Positions 55,328-64,000 of a stretch of DNA of 64,000 nt are shown in pieces. Each line of letters opens with the position of its first letter. Position 1 is the stretch's first letter. A program made the translations under genes and the position numbers. The notes beneath the pieces were generated by a model. The model did not search any database, was not told where the DNA came from, and worked only from the letters and a program-made list of their open reading frames with translations. Source of the DNA: Sulfurimonas sp. (GTDB taxonomy: Bacteria; Campylobacterota; Campylobacteria; Campylobacterales; Sulfurimonadaceae); NCBI GenBank assembly GCA_030949825.1, contig JAUZSC010000031.1:76541-140540 (forward strand), written 5' to 3'.

Positions 55328-56582
55328 TTGGCATTTCAAGAGAATACTCCAACATTTACAGATTATGCTGTTAACGATAGACTTCAATATGTAGATTCAT
55401 TTCTAAAAGAGATAGATAGTATAATAGATTTTAGAAAGTTAAAACCTATTTTAAATAAGAATGGTATCGGTACAAAGAATGTTTGTGGAGTAAAAGCTTA
55501 TGACAATATCCTTATGTTTAAAATATTACTCTTACAAAAATTCTATGACCTGAGTGACGAAAAGGTTGAAGAAGCACTTTATGCAAACTTACTGTTTATG
55601 AAATTCGTAGGTTTAAGCCTAGAGGACTTAGCTCCTGATAGTACAACCATAGGTAGATTTAGGAACTCTTTGATAGATACTAAAATATATGATAAGCTAT
55701 TTAACCATGTAAATAAACAACTAGAAGATAAAGGCTTAATAGCTAAAAGTGGTAAATCAATTTTAGTAGACGCAACTTTAATTAAATCTTTGAATGATGG
55801 AGTTAAAGATAAGGATAAAGAGCAAAGAAATGCCAATAGAGTAAAAGTAGAAGAAGCCAATAGAACCCTTGACTTACAAATAAATGAAGAACTCAAGAAA
55901 GCAAAACCATCAAGAAAAAAAGTAGATAAATTATTACGAAAGAAAGAACATAACTCAAGAACATTTAAAAATCAAGAGCTAGATGAACTACAAGGCATAG
56001 ATACTAAAGATATCGAGACCTCAAAAAATATTATAGAAAATAGCGAAGATAGTTATGATCAAACCGACAAAGTAGATAAAGAGGTAAGAACAGGATATCA
56101 AACTGGTACAAAGCAATATGCAACAGGATACAAGGGACACATAGCAACAGACTCAGACTCTGGTGCAATACTAAAACCAATAATGACATTTGCAAATACA
56201 TCTGACATATCAGTTGTCCAAACCATCATAGAAGAGCTGGAAGATATAGAAGCATTCTATGGAGATAAAGCATACAAGTCTAAAGAAGTAGATGAACTAT
56301 TAGAGAAGAATGAAATAGAAAATGAGATTTGTCTCAAAGAGACACAGAAGATGACTAAGGATGAGAGAGCAGACACAAAGAGAGATAGAAAAACCAAAAC
56401 ATAAAATCAGGGCAAAGGTTGAACATAGCTTTGCGCGTCTAAAAACCCAAATGAAATATCATACCAGTAGGTATACTGGATTAGTCCGCAATAATATGAA
56501 TTTTACAATAGCTTGCTTAGCCTCAAACCTAAAACTATTTGCCCATAAACAAATAGCCTTACGAAAAGTAAGAAATAGCTAG
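55328..56582 (+). CDS. IS5-family DDE transposase (frameshift in GA repeats near 56370)
   Basis: FKILLLQ..YDLSD..PDSTTIGRFR, VDAT, GYKGH, YGDKAY and RAKVEHSF motifs. Confidence 0.9.
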
Positions 56583-56883
56583 GAAATATGATAAGAAATA
56601 AAGGGTATTTAGATAACTTTAAGGGTGAGAAACAATTTATGATGAAAATTAAGCAGATATATTTTAGAGATTTCAAAAAAAATATTTTAAAATTAAGATT
56701 GGGGTAGTGTTTGGGGTTGTGCAGTGGTCTCGAAGTGCTTTATTCTCAAAAGTTTTATACAAAAAAGCCACACTTGCTATTGATGAGATAGCACAAGATA
56801 TACATGAATATTTTGCATAAATATTTTTGATAATACAGATTTAAGAAAATATCACTAAAATCACGCTATATTATTTATAAAGG

Positions 56884-57337
56884 TTGCTTTTTTTGTCATA
56901 TTCATGTCCTTTAAACTTTGAACAAGTTGATTCAAATGCTTCAAGACTTAGCTCTTTAATGGTTGCTGGGCTTATTATTGTTTATCTTATCACTTTTAAT
57001 GCATTTATATTGTATTTTTTAATTATTGACTTTTCAATGAAGTTATTTCTAAATAAAAAGTACTCACTTATTTCGCTTCTAGCTCTGAAAATAAGAAAAA
57101 ATTTCAAGATAGAAGAAAAGTTTACCGATGGTGGAGCAAAAAGATTAGCTGGAATTTTTGGTTTGATTTTTGTAAGTATGCTCGTCGTTGTAGACCTCTT
57201 AGGCTTAAGCTTTTTTTACATTTGTTGTTGCAGGAATTTTTCTTTCTTGTTCACTTCTAGATGTATTTTTAAATTATTGTTTAGGATGTCAAATCTATTA
57301 TTTGATAAAAAAACTTTATCCATCTTTTATGAGTTAA
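56884..57337 (+). CDS. DUF4395 family membrane protein (T-run frameshift near 57212)
   Basis: VDSNASR, AKRLAG and, after frame correction, YCLGC. Confidence 0.8.
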
Positions 57338-57347
57338 GGACGGCTTA

Positions 57348-57990
57348 ATGCTACTGTGTGATATAGGAAATACTTCGTACCATTTCCAAAATTCCTCGCA
57401 TGATTATAAAGAAAATGTAGATACTTTTAAGCCTTCAAGCATCCAAGAAAAAGTTTATTATATTTGCGTAAATCCTAAACTTATAAAACTACTTCAATCA
57501 CTTGAGAACTGGATAGATTTAAGTAACTTTATTGATATGAAAAACTATTATGAGAGTATGGGAATTGACAGAATTTTTGCTTGCCAAACAATCAAAAATG
57601 GTGTTATCATAGATGCAGGAAGTGCTATTACGGTAGATGTCGTGAACGATGGAGTATTCCAAGGCGGTTTTATATATCCTGGAACTGTAGAGATGCATGA
57701 AGCGTATAAAAACATATCTTCAGCCTTAGACTATCCATTTAATTATGAATTTGACTTAGCAGTTTTACCAAAAAAACTCCCAAGATGCTATTAGTTATGG
57801 TTTTTTAAAAACCTTACACGCAGAGGTGATTTCTTATAAAAAAGATATTTATTTAACAGGGGGAGATGCTGAGAAGTTACTTTGTATTTTTAAAAGTGCA
57901 ACTTTAAATAAAAACCTTCTTTTTGATGGCATGAAAAAGCTTATTCAATTAAACTTTGAGCATATTTTAGATAAAATACCAAAAATATAA
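57348..57990 (+). CDS. coaX: Type III pantothenate kinase (A-run frameshift near 57772)
   Basis: DIGNT, MGIDR, IDAGSAITVD and GGFIYPG motifs; shifted tail contains LTGGD. Confidence 0.92.
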
Positions 57991-58010
57991 ATACATACAA
58001 GGTCTATACT

Positions 58011-58626
58011 ATGCTAACAGTTGCACTCCCAAAAGGTCGTATTGCTAAAGATACGCTTGAAATCTTTGCAAATATATTTGGTGCTGAGTTTAAATTTGAC
58101 GATAGAAAGCTTATTTTAGAAACTCCTGACTTTACTTTTTTTACTTGTACGAAACCAAGATGTTGCAACCTATGTATACCATCAAGCGGCAGATATTGGG
58201 GTAGTTGGACTTGACACTTTAGAAGAGCAGGGTTTAGATGTTATCCGTTTACTTGACTTGAAAAAAGGTATATGTAAAGTTTCTATTGGGATGAAAGAAG
58301 GTGAAGTATTTGACCTGAATAAACCTGATTTAAAAGTAGCATCTAAGATGGTAAACATTACTAAACGCTACTTTGAAGAAAGAGCAGTAAGTGTTGAGAT
58401 TATTAAACTTTATGGTTCTATCGAACTTGCTCCGCTTATCGGACTTGCAGATATGATTGTAGATGTCGTTGAAACAGGTGCTACGATGAAGCAAAATGGT
58501 CTTGTAGTGGTTGAAGATATTATGACATCATCAACATACTTAATCGCAAATAAAAATAGCTATATCGCTAAAAAAGACGAAGTTTTAGATATTTATGAAA
58601 AAATAAATGGGATTATTAACGCATAA
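58011..58626 (+). CDS. hisG: ATP phosphoribosyltransferase, short form (T-run frameshift near 58138)
   Basis: ALPKGR, GSIELAP and DVVETGATM motifs. Confidence 0.95.
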
Positions 58627-59310
58627 ATGACTAACTTAGACTTATATGCAAAAGCGGAACATTTACTAGGTATTGAAGAAGCTACTGAAGCCTTGTATGA
58701 CCTTTATAGAAGTGAGCTAGACGATAAAGATGTTAAAACACTTTTAGATGTAGGTTGCGGTCGTGGTGGCTTTATGCAACGCATGATAAGTGATGGTATA
58801 AAGTGTAAGGGAATTGATTTAAGTTCTGATATGGTCAATGCGTGTAAATCTCAAGGACTCGATGCCCAGTGTATAGATATTGCAGATGCTACAGGAAGCT
58901 ATGACGCAATTGTAAGTATCTTTGATGTCTTAAACTTTATGGACAAAGATGCACTTCTTTCCTTTCTTGAGTCAATCTCAAAAAGACTCAACGATGATGG
59001 AGTTTTTATAGCTGATATAAATACACTCTACGGTTTTTCAGATGTTGCTGAGGGGACAATGAGTAAAGATACAGAGGATGAATTTCTTTGCGTTGAAGCA
59101 GAATTTTTAAACAATGAACTGCATACATTTTTTACACTTTTTGTAAAAAATGAAGATGAAAGTTTTACAAAATACCATGACAAAATAGTACAGTATTTTC
59201 ATAAGATACAGATTTTTCAAAAACTCTCAGGTCTAAAGCTTGTAGAAAAACAAACTTTTTCGCTTTATGATGAAAAAGACAAAACACTTCTTATTTTTAA
59301 AAAGAAGTAG
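58627..59310 (+). CDS. Class I SAM-dependent methyltransferase
   Basis: LLDVGCGRG, GIDLS and FDVLN motifs. Confidence 0.9.
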   Translation: MTNLDLYAKAEHLLGIEEATEALYDLYRSELDDKDVKTLLDVGCGRGGFMQRMISDGIKCKGIDLSSDMVNACKSQGLDAQCIDIADATGSYDAIVSIFDVLNFMDKDALLSFLESISKRLNDDGVFIADINTLYGFSDVAEGTMSKDTEDEFLCVEAEFLNNELHTFFTLFVKNEDESFTKYHDKIVQYFHKIQIFQKLSGLKLVEKQTFSLYDEKDKTLLIFKKK

Positions 59311-60490
59311 TTACCTCTCCGAAAAGCTCTTCCCCATTGTAAAGTGACTGTGAATTACAAATAGTAGAAACACTTTTTGGATTAAATAAAACCGCATTAG
59401 CCTTTTGTCCTACCTTTATCTCGCCTGCTTCTTTGTTGATTGACGCAGCAGGGTTTTTAACGGTGAGTTTTATAAGTTCAGTCATTGAAATTAGAGCAGT
59501 TTTTACTAGTTTTGTATAGTAAAATGGAAGGGCTATACTTAATGCCTCACATCCATATGCTGCATCATAAAAAGCCACTTCTTTATTTACCGGAGAAGAG
59601 GGTTGATGAAGCGTTGTTAAACAATCTATTTGCGAGTTTTTCAGCGCTGCTTGAAGAAGTTTTACATCGTCGACAGATGCTAAGGGTGGATCTAATTTTG
59701 CTGTTGTGTTAAAGTCTTCACAGGCTTTATCTGAACTTATTAGATGATGGATTGAAACCTCACAAGAAACTTCTACTCCATCATTCTTGGCTTGATTTAT
59801 AAGGTAAATTGAACGCGGTGATGCGATTGCTTTAAAAAGAATTTTGATTTTAAAATGTCTTGCTATTTCTATCATACGCGAGACATGAAGTACTTCACTC
59901 AAATCTGGGATGCCAGCAAGACCGAGTTTTGTAGAGGTGTCACCATCTAGCATTACACCCGAACTTATAAGGGAGTTGTCTTCAGCCTTACAAAAGAGTG
60001 TAACGCCGTACATTTGTACATACTCAGCTATTTTAATGGCGATATTATTTTTAGCTATAGTACTCATATAGGGAGCGACTACACCTTTTTTAAGTAAAAT
60101 CGCGATGTCACTCAGTGTTGAGTCTTTTTTGAGTGTATTTAACATCAAATCAACTTTAGCACCTTGTGCATGATTTAATCCATTTTGTGCAAATTCAAGA
60201 ACAATTTCATTGTCAATAGCAGGTTTAGAATCAGCATTTAAGACAATATGACCAACTCCACCTTTAAGTGCTTCATCCGAAATAGTTTTAATATTTTGAG
60301 CATTAAGTGTGGCATCTTGAAGTCTAATATTTAAGTCTATAAGTTGTGGTAAAAAGTAAGCACCATCGGCATCTATAAGCTCAGAGTCGTGAAGTTCATG
60401 ACCGATTGCGGTAATAATTCCATCTTCAATTTTAATATCTTCTTTTCTTTCACCATTGACATCACAAATAATTACATTTTTTATAAGCAT
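59297..60490 (-). CDS. Dihydroorotase-like protein, probably the inactive PyrC' type
   Basis: Amidohydrolase fold, CEVSIHHL and AKLDPPL; the metal-binding HxH is replaced by IDLNIR. Confidence 0.85.
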   Translation of the reverse strand: MLIKNVIICDVNGERKEDIKIEDGIITAIGHELHDSELIDADGAYFLPQLIDLNIRLQDATLNAQNIKTISDEALKGGVGHIVLNADSKPAIDNEIVLEFAQNGLNHAQGAKVDLMLNTLKKDSTLSDIAILLKKGVVAPYMSTIAKNNIAIKIAEYVQMYGVTLFCKAEDNSLISSGVMLDGDTSTKLGLAGIPDLSEVLHVSRMIEIARHFKIKILFKAIASPRSIYLINQAKNDGVEVSCEVSIHHLISSDKACEDFNTTAKLDPPLASVDDVKLLQAALKNSQIDCLTTLHQPSSPVNKEVAFYDAAYGCEALSIALPFYYTKLVKTALISMTELIKLTVKNPAASINKEAGEIKVGQKANAVLFNPKSVSTICNSQSLYNGEELFGEVTTSF

Positions 60491-60545
60491 TTTTTTCGAC
60501 CACCTTAGATATAATAATCGTATTATAAATTATTAAGGCTTAGAA

Positions 60546-60908
60546 TTGCGTATTATTATTGTTTTATTATTATATTTGTTCTCTTTAGAGGCAAAAACAC
60601 CGTATGAGTTAGGAAAAGACCTTTATGTAGCTAAGGCTTGTTATTCGTGTCATGGACATAAGGCTGAGGGAATGAATACTTTTCCTGCACTTGCAAACCG
60701 TGCAAAAGGTTATATGGCTTACAAACTTAAAAGGTTTCGTTCTAAAAAAGCCGATACCCAAGCGCAACAGATGATGATTACATATTCTGTTGGTTTAAGT
60801 GACGCGGACATTGAAAATCTTAGTATATTTATGCAAGATTATGTAGATGAAGAGATGACTGAGCGTTATGATGATAGTTTCCAAACACACGGAGATGGTG
60901 GTTCATGA
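60546..60908 (+). CDS. Cytochrome c553-like protein
   Basis: Signal peptide, CYSCHG, FPALA and distal Met (QMM). Confidence 0.88.
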   Translation: MRIIIVLLLYLFSLEAKTPYELGKDLYVAKACYSCHGHKAEGMNTFPALANRAKGYMAYKLKRFRSKKADTQAQQMMITYSVGLSDADIENLSIFMQDYVDEEMTERYDDSFQTHGDGGS

Positions 60909-61951
60909 AAATATTAGTTAGTGCATTGGAACATTCGGCAAACATACATTTAAAATCTTTAAAAAAAGAACTGGGTGAAGGTGTAGAGTTTGTTGGAATA
61001 TTTGACGACTCACTAGGAACTCCTATCGTAGATTTAAGAAGTTTAGCGATTATGGGCTTTGTAGATGTACTTAAAAAGATTCGCTTCTTTTTTAAACTCA
61101 ATGCCCAAATGGCAGACTTGGCAAAAGGTGTTGATAAGGTTTTACTCATTGACTCTTCAGGTTTTAACCTGCCACTTGCCAAAAAAATCAAGAAGCGATA
61201 CCCAGATAAAGAGATAATTTACTATATCTTACCCCAAGCTTGGGCATGGAAGAAAAAGCGTATTCCTGTACTTGCAAAGACTATAGATAAACTCGCTTCT
61301 ATCTTACCATTTGAAAAGGATTATTACCCTGAAAATGCCCCTATTAGTTATGTAGGGCATCCACTTTTAGATACTATAAAAGACTTCAAGCAAGAACTCA
61401 CTCAAGAGATGAAGAAAATAGTCTTTATGCCGGGAAGTAGAAAAGGTGAGATAAGTAAACTTATGCCTATTTTTCATGAAGTGAGAAAAAGATTAAATAT
61501 AAAAGGGACAATAATAATTCCTGAGTATTTTACATCCCAAGAAAGAGATACTCTCTTTGGAGATTTGTCTGAATTTGATGTAGTCCATGAAACACATCAA
61601 ACATTATACGAATCTGACTTTGCTTTTATTTGCAGTGGAACAGCAACACTTGAAGCGGCGCTTATCGGGATCCCTTTTGTGTTAGCCTATATTGCGAAGC
61701 CCTTGGATTATTTCATCGCTAGTAGACTTGTAAAGCTAGATTATTTAGGTTTGAGCAATATTATGTTTTCTGAGTTTAACGAGAGAGCTATGCATCCTGA
61801 GTTTATTCAAGATGATGTTACGGTTGAAAATTTACTGGAATCATTTCACAGTTATAATACACAAAACTTTTTAGAAGATTCTAAAAAGCTTCGAGAGTAT
61901 TTAGTTGGTGGAAGTTCGAAGAATGTGGCACAGTTAATACAAGAGGATTAA
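60905..61951 (+). CDS. lpxB: Lipid-A-disaccharide synthase
   Basis: IDSSGFN, PQAWAW, LPFE, VGHPL, PGSR and SGTATLE motifs. Confidence 0.95.
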   Translation: MKILVSALEHSANIHLKSLKKELGEGVEFVGIFDDSLGTPIVDLRSLAIMGFVDVLKKIRFFFKLNAQMADLAKGVDKVLLIDSSGFNLPLAKKIKKRYPDKEIIYYILPQAWAWKKKRIPVLAKTIDKLASILPFEKDYYPENAPISYVGHPLLDTIKDFKQELTQEMKKIVFMPGSRKGEISKLMPIFHEVRKRLNIKGTIIIPEYFTSQERDTLFGDLSEFDVVHETHQTLYESDFAFICSGTATLEAALIGIPFVLAYIAKPLDYFIASRLVKLDYLGLSNIMFSEFNERAMHPEFIQDDVTVENLLESFHSYNTQNFLEDSKKLREYLVGGSSKNVAQLIQED

Positions 61952-62326
61952 TGTACGGAATCCAAAGCCTCTAAAAAACCTTTAGTACGCTTACCACCGC
62001 TAATCATATAAAGTTTTTTCTTGTTCGCATCTAGAAAGTGAAATGTTGGTGTTCCGATGTACTCTAGACCTTTAGGTGCATCGTCCATATCGAGTTCAAT
62101 TTCAACAGCGATAAATTTAGCATTAAACTTTTTAATGACTGTTGCCTCTGTAAATACTTCTTTTTTTCATGTAGTTACAAACACCGCATGTTGATCTACT
62201 TAGCATTACCATAACAATTTTCTTTTCTGCTTTTGCTTGTACAAATGCTTCGTCGTACTCTGCCCAATTCATCTCAGCTAAAAGTGATGAGCAGAAGAGT
62301 AAAAGTCCTAAAATTAATTTTTTCAT
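61948..62326 (-). CDS. Exported thioredoxin-fold protein (frameshift near 62162)
   Basis: Signal peptide and CGVC; shifted C-terminal half contains GTPTFHF. Confidence 0.8.
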
Positions 62327-62336
62327 AATATTTTCC

Positions 62337-64000
62337 CTATAATGTGTCTAAATGTTGCAAGAACTCATCAGCTGCTATAAATCCGATGACTGTTTTAGCA
62401 CTTTGAACTTTGCCATCTTCTTTGAAGAAGATAAGAGCAGGAGGACCAAATACACCGTACTTTTTACTCAGTTTTTTGTTATCTTCGCTATTCTCAGTTA
62501 CATCGGCTTTGATGAGTACGAATGAACCCAGTTCATTTATTACATCACTATTTACAAAGGTAACTTCTTCTAACTCTTTACATGAAGTACACCAGTCCGC
62601 ATAAAAATCTAACATTATCTTTTTACCTTTGTTGGCTGCGAGTACTTTGTCGAGCTCTTTGATTGAGGTGACTTTTGTAAAGTTTAGATGTGTAGCTTTA
62701 GTTTGTGTAGTAGATGCTACTGCTTTAGCTTGTAAAAAGCCTAGTGGTTGTGTAAGAGAATGTGAACCCGCTAATGCACCTATAAAAAGAGCAAGGGAGT
62801 AGATAAATAAAACAATGGCAATAGTCTTTTTAAATACATGACTTCCAGCTTCTAAAGCACCTAAGTAAATAGCAAAACCAAGACCCAAAAGCGCGTAAAG
62901 AATCATAATAATACTTGCATCTACAACACGCTCAAGCATCCAAATAGCGACTGCTAACATCATTACACCAAAGATAGCAGAAACCATAGTCATCCACATT
63001 CCAGGGCGAGGCATAAACTTACCAGCACTCACACCAACGGCAATAAGTGGCAGTCCCATACCGATGCTCATAGAAAAAAGTGCCATTCCTCCAAGAAGAG
63101 CGTCACCTGTTTGACCGATGTAGACTAAGGCACCTGCAAGTGGAGCCGCAACACAAGGTCCAACGATAAGTGCAGATAAAAAGCCCATAATTGCAACACC
63201 AACATAACCACCACCAGAACCAGCTGAACTTACTTTAGCAACTAAAGAATCAGGAAGTTTTAGCTCATAAAAACCGAACATACTAAAGGCAAGGGCAACA
63301 AAAACACCTGCAAACGAGTAAATAACCCAAGGTGTTTGCAGTGCTGCTTGAATATTCGCTCCAAAAAGACCAGCCATTACACCGGCGATAGTATAGGCTA
63401 CAGCCATTGCAAGGACATAAACGATGGAGAGCATTAAAGCTTTCGATGTTGTTATATCTTTGCCTTGAGAGATAATAACACCAGAAATAATAGGAATCAT
63501 AGGAAATACACAAGGAGTAAGAGAAAGTAAAAGACCAAAGCCTAAAAATGTAAGAAGAACTGCAATAAGGCTTCCATTTTTAATAGTATCTGCGATAAGG
63601 TCAGTCTCAGAGAGTTCTATATCTGTTTGCGTATTTGTTTGAACGCTTGGATTTGTAGCATCTGCACTTGAAAGCAAAGAAGTGTCGATTTCTAATTCAT
63701 AAGTACTTGTCAGTGGTTCGTAACATAAACCTTTTTCAGAACAACCCTGATATGAGATGCTAAGGTTTATTTTTTGCATACCACTAAGACTTCCATCACT
63801 TTGTAAATGAATGAGAAAATGTGGAGATATTACATAGGCATTTTCACCATCGTGATCAACACTTTGTGGTAACTCAATGTTTTTAATACTAATAGCAGAA
63901 GTGTTTTTTAGCTCGATTTTAAGTTTTTCTGCGTAAAGATAGATATCTTCAGCTAAGTCTATACCAGCTTCAACTTGCATCGTGTCATTTACATTTGCAA
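62337..64000 (-). CDS. dsbD: Thiol:disulfide interchange protein DsbD (5' end outside window)
   Basis: YQGCSEKGLCY, LTPCVFPMIP, GPCVAAP and FYADWCTSC motifs. Confidence 0.95.
   Translation of the reverse strand, partial: ANVNDTMQVEAGIDLAEDIYLYAEKLKIELKNTSAISIKNIELPQSVDHDGENAYVISPHFLIHLQSDGSLSGMQKINLSISYQGCSEKGLCYEPLTSTYELEIDTSLLSSADATNPSVQTNTQTDIELSETDLIADTIKNGSLIAVLLTFLGFGLLLSLTPCVFPMIPIISGVIISQGKDITTSKALMLSIVYVLAMAVAYTIAGVMAGLFGANIQAALQTPWVIYSFAGVFVALAFSMFGFYELKLPDSLVAKVSSAGSGGGYVGVAIMGFLSALIVGPCVAAPLAGALVYIGQTGDALLGGMALFSMSIGMGLPLIAVGVSAGKFMPRPGMWMTMVSAIFGVMMLAVAIWMLERVVDASIIMILYALLGLGFAIYLGALEAGSHVFKKTIAIVLFIYSLALFIGALAGSHSLTQPLGFLQAKAVASTTQTKATHLNFTKVTSIKELDKVLAANKGKKIMLDFYADWCTSCKELEEVTFVNSDVINELGSFVLIKADVTENSEDNKKLSKKYGVFGPPALIFFKEDGKVQSAKTVIGFIAADEFLQHLDTL

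Larger units (their letters stand above)
55201..56731 (+). mobile_element. IS5-family insertion sequence (1531 bp, IS1106-like ends)
   Basis: 14-bp perfect TIRs GAGACCACTGCACA; flanking 5-bp direct repeat GAAGT (55196-55200, 56732-56736). Confidence 0.92.
54861..56820 (+). pseudogene. Sir2/CobB NAD-dependent deacylase, interrupted by an IS and missing its central region
   Basis: FSGAGLSAESGISTFRD, TQNAD and HLHG before the IS; only a ~28-codon tail (SALFSKVLYKKAT...YFA*) after it. Confidence 0.85.

Noticed and set aside
1-64000. tRNA, rRNA, riboswitch (for example TPP upstream of thiS) or prophage
   Set aside because: Intergenic regions are short and AT-rich. I recognised no cloverleaf, rRNA or TPP-aptamer signature and no phage genes; an Infernal/Rfam scan would be needed to exclude small RNAs.

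Overview
AT-rich chromosomal window from a Campylobacterota (epsilonproteobacterial) bacterium. Gene order and protein style suggest a Sulfurimonas-like organism (inference). It is mostly housekeeping genes: thiS, acpS, fliL, radA, ftsY, rny, cmoB, nadE, lpxK, argB, hemA, proS, hemC, argH, pheST, aroA, ispH, rpsA, serA, coaX, hisG, lpxB and dsbD. About 20 genes, including pheS and rny, are broken by single-base indels, mostly in homopolymers, which is best read as uncorrected long-read sequencing error. Accessory content: (1) a ~10 kb second chemosensory operon (cheY-STAS-cheA-soluble sensorless MCP-cheW-cheV-cheR-ParA/StbB-like ATPase-X1-cheB-X2), where X1 and X2 are paralogous pseudo-receiver proteins sharing an unrecognised helical C-terminal domain and a D/E-FF tail; (2) a ~705-aa WD40 plus helical-repeat gene cleanly split by an IS4-family element; (3) an IS5-family element in a sirtuin gene that has also lost its central part; (4) a secreted phospholipase-A2-like protein coupled to a signal-peptide-bearing YyaL; (5) an Rpn/PD-(D/E)XK gene with an 11x12-bp repeat; (6) a ProRS lacking its editing domain; (7) an unannotated 37-aa membrane peptide behind a perfect 12-1-12 palindrome. 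No rRNA, tRNA or CRISPR array was seen.
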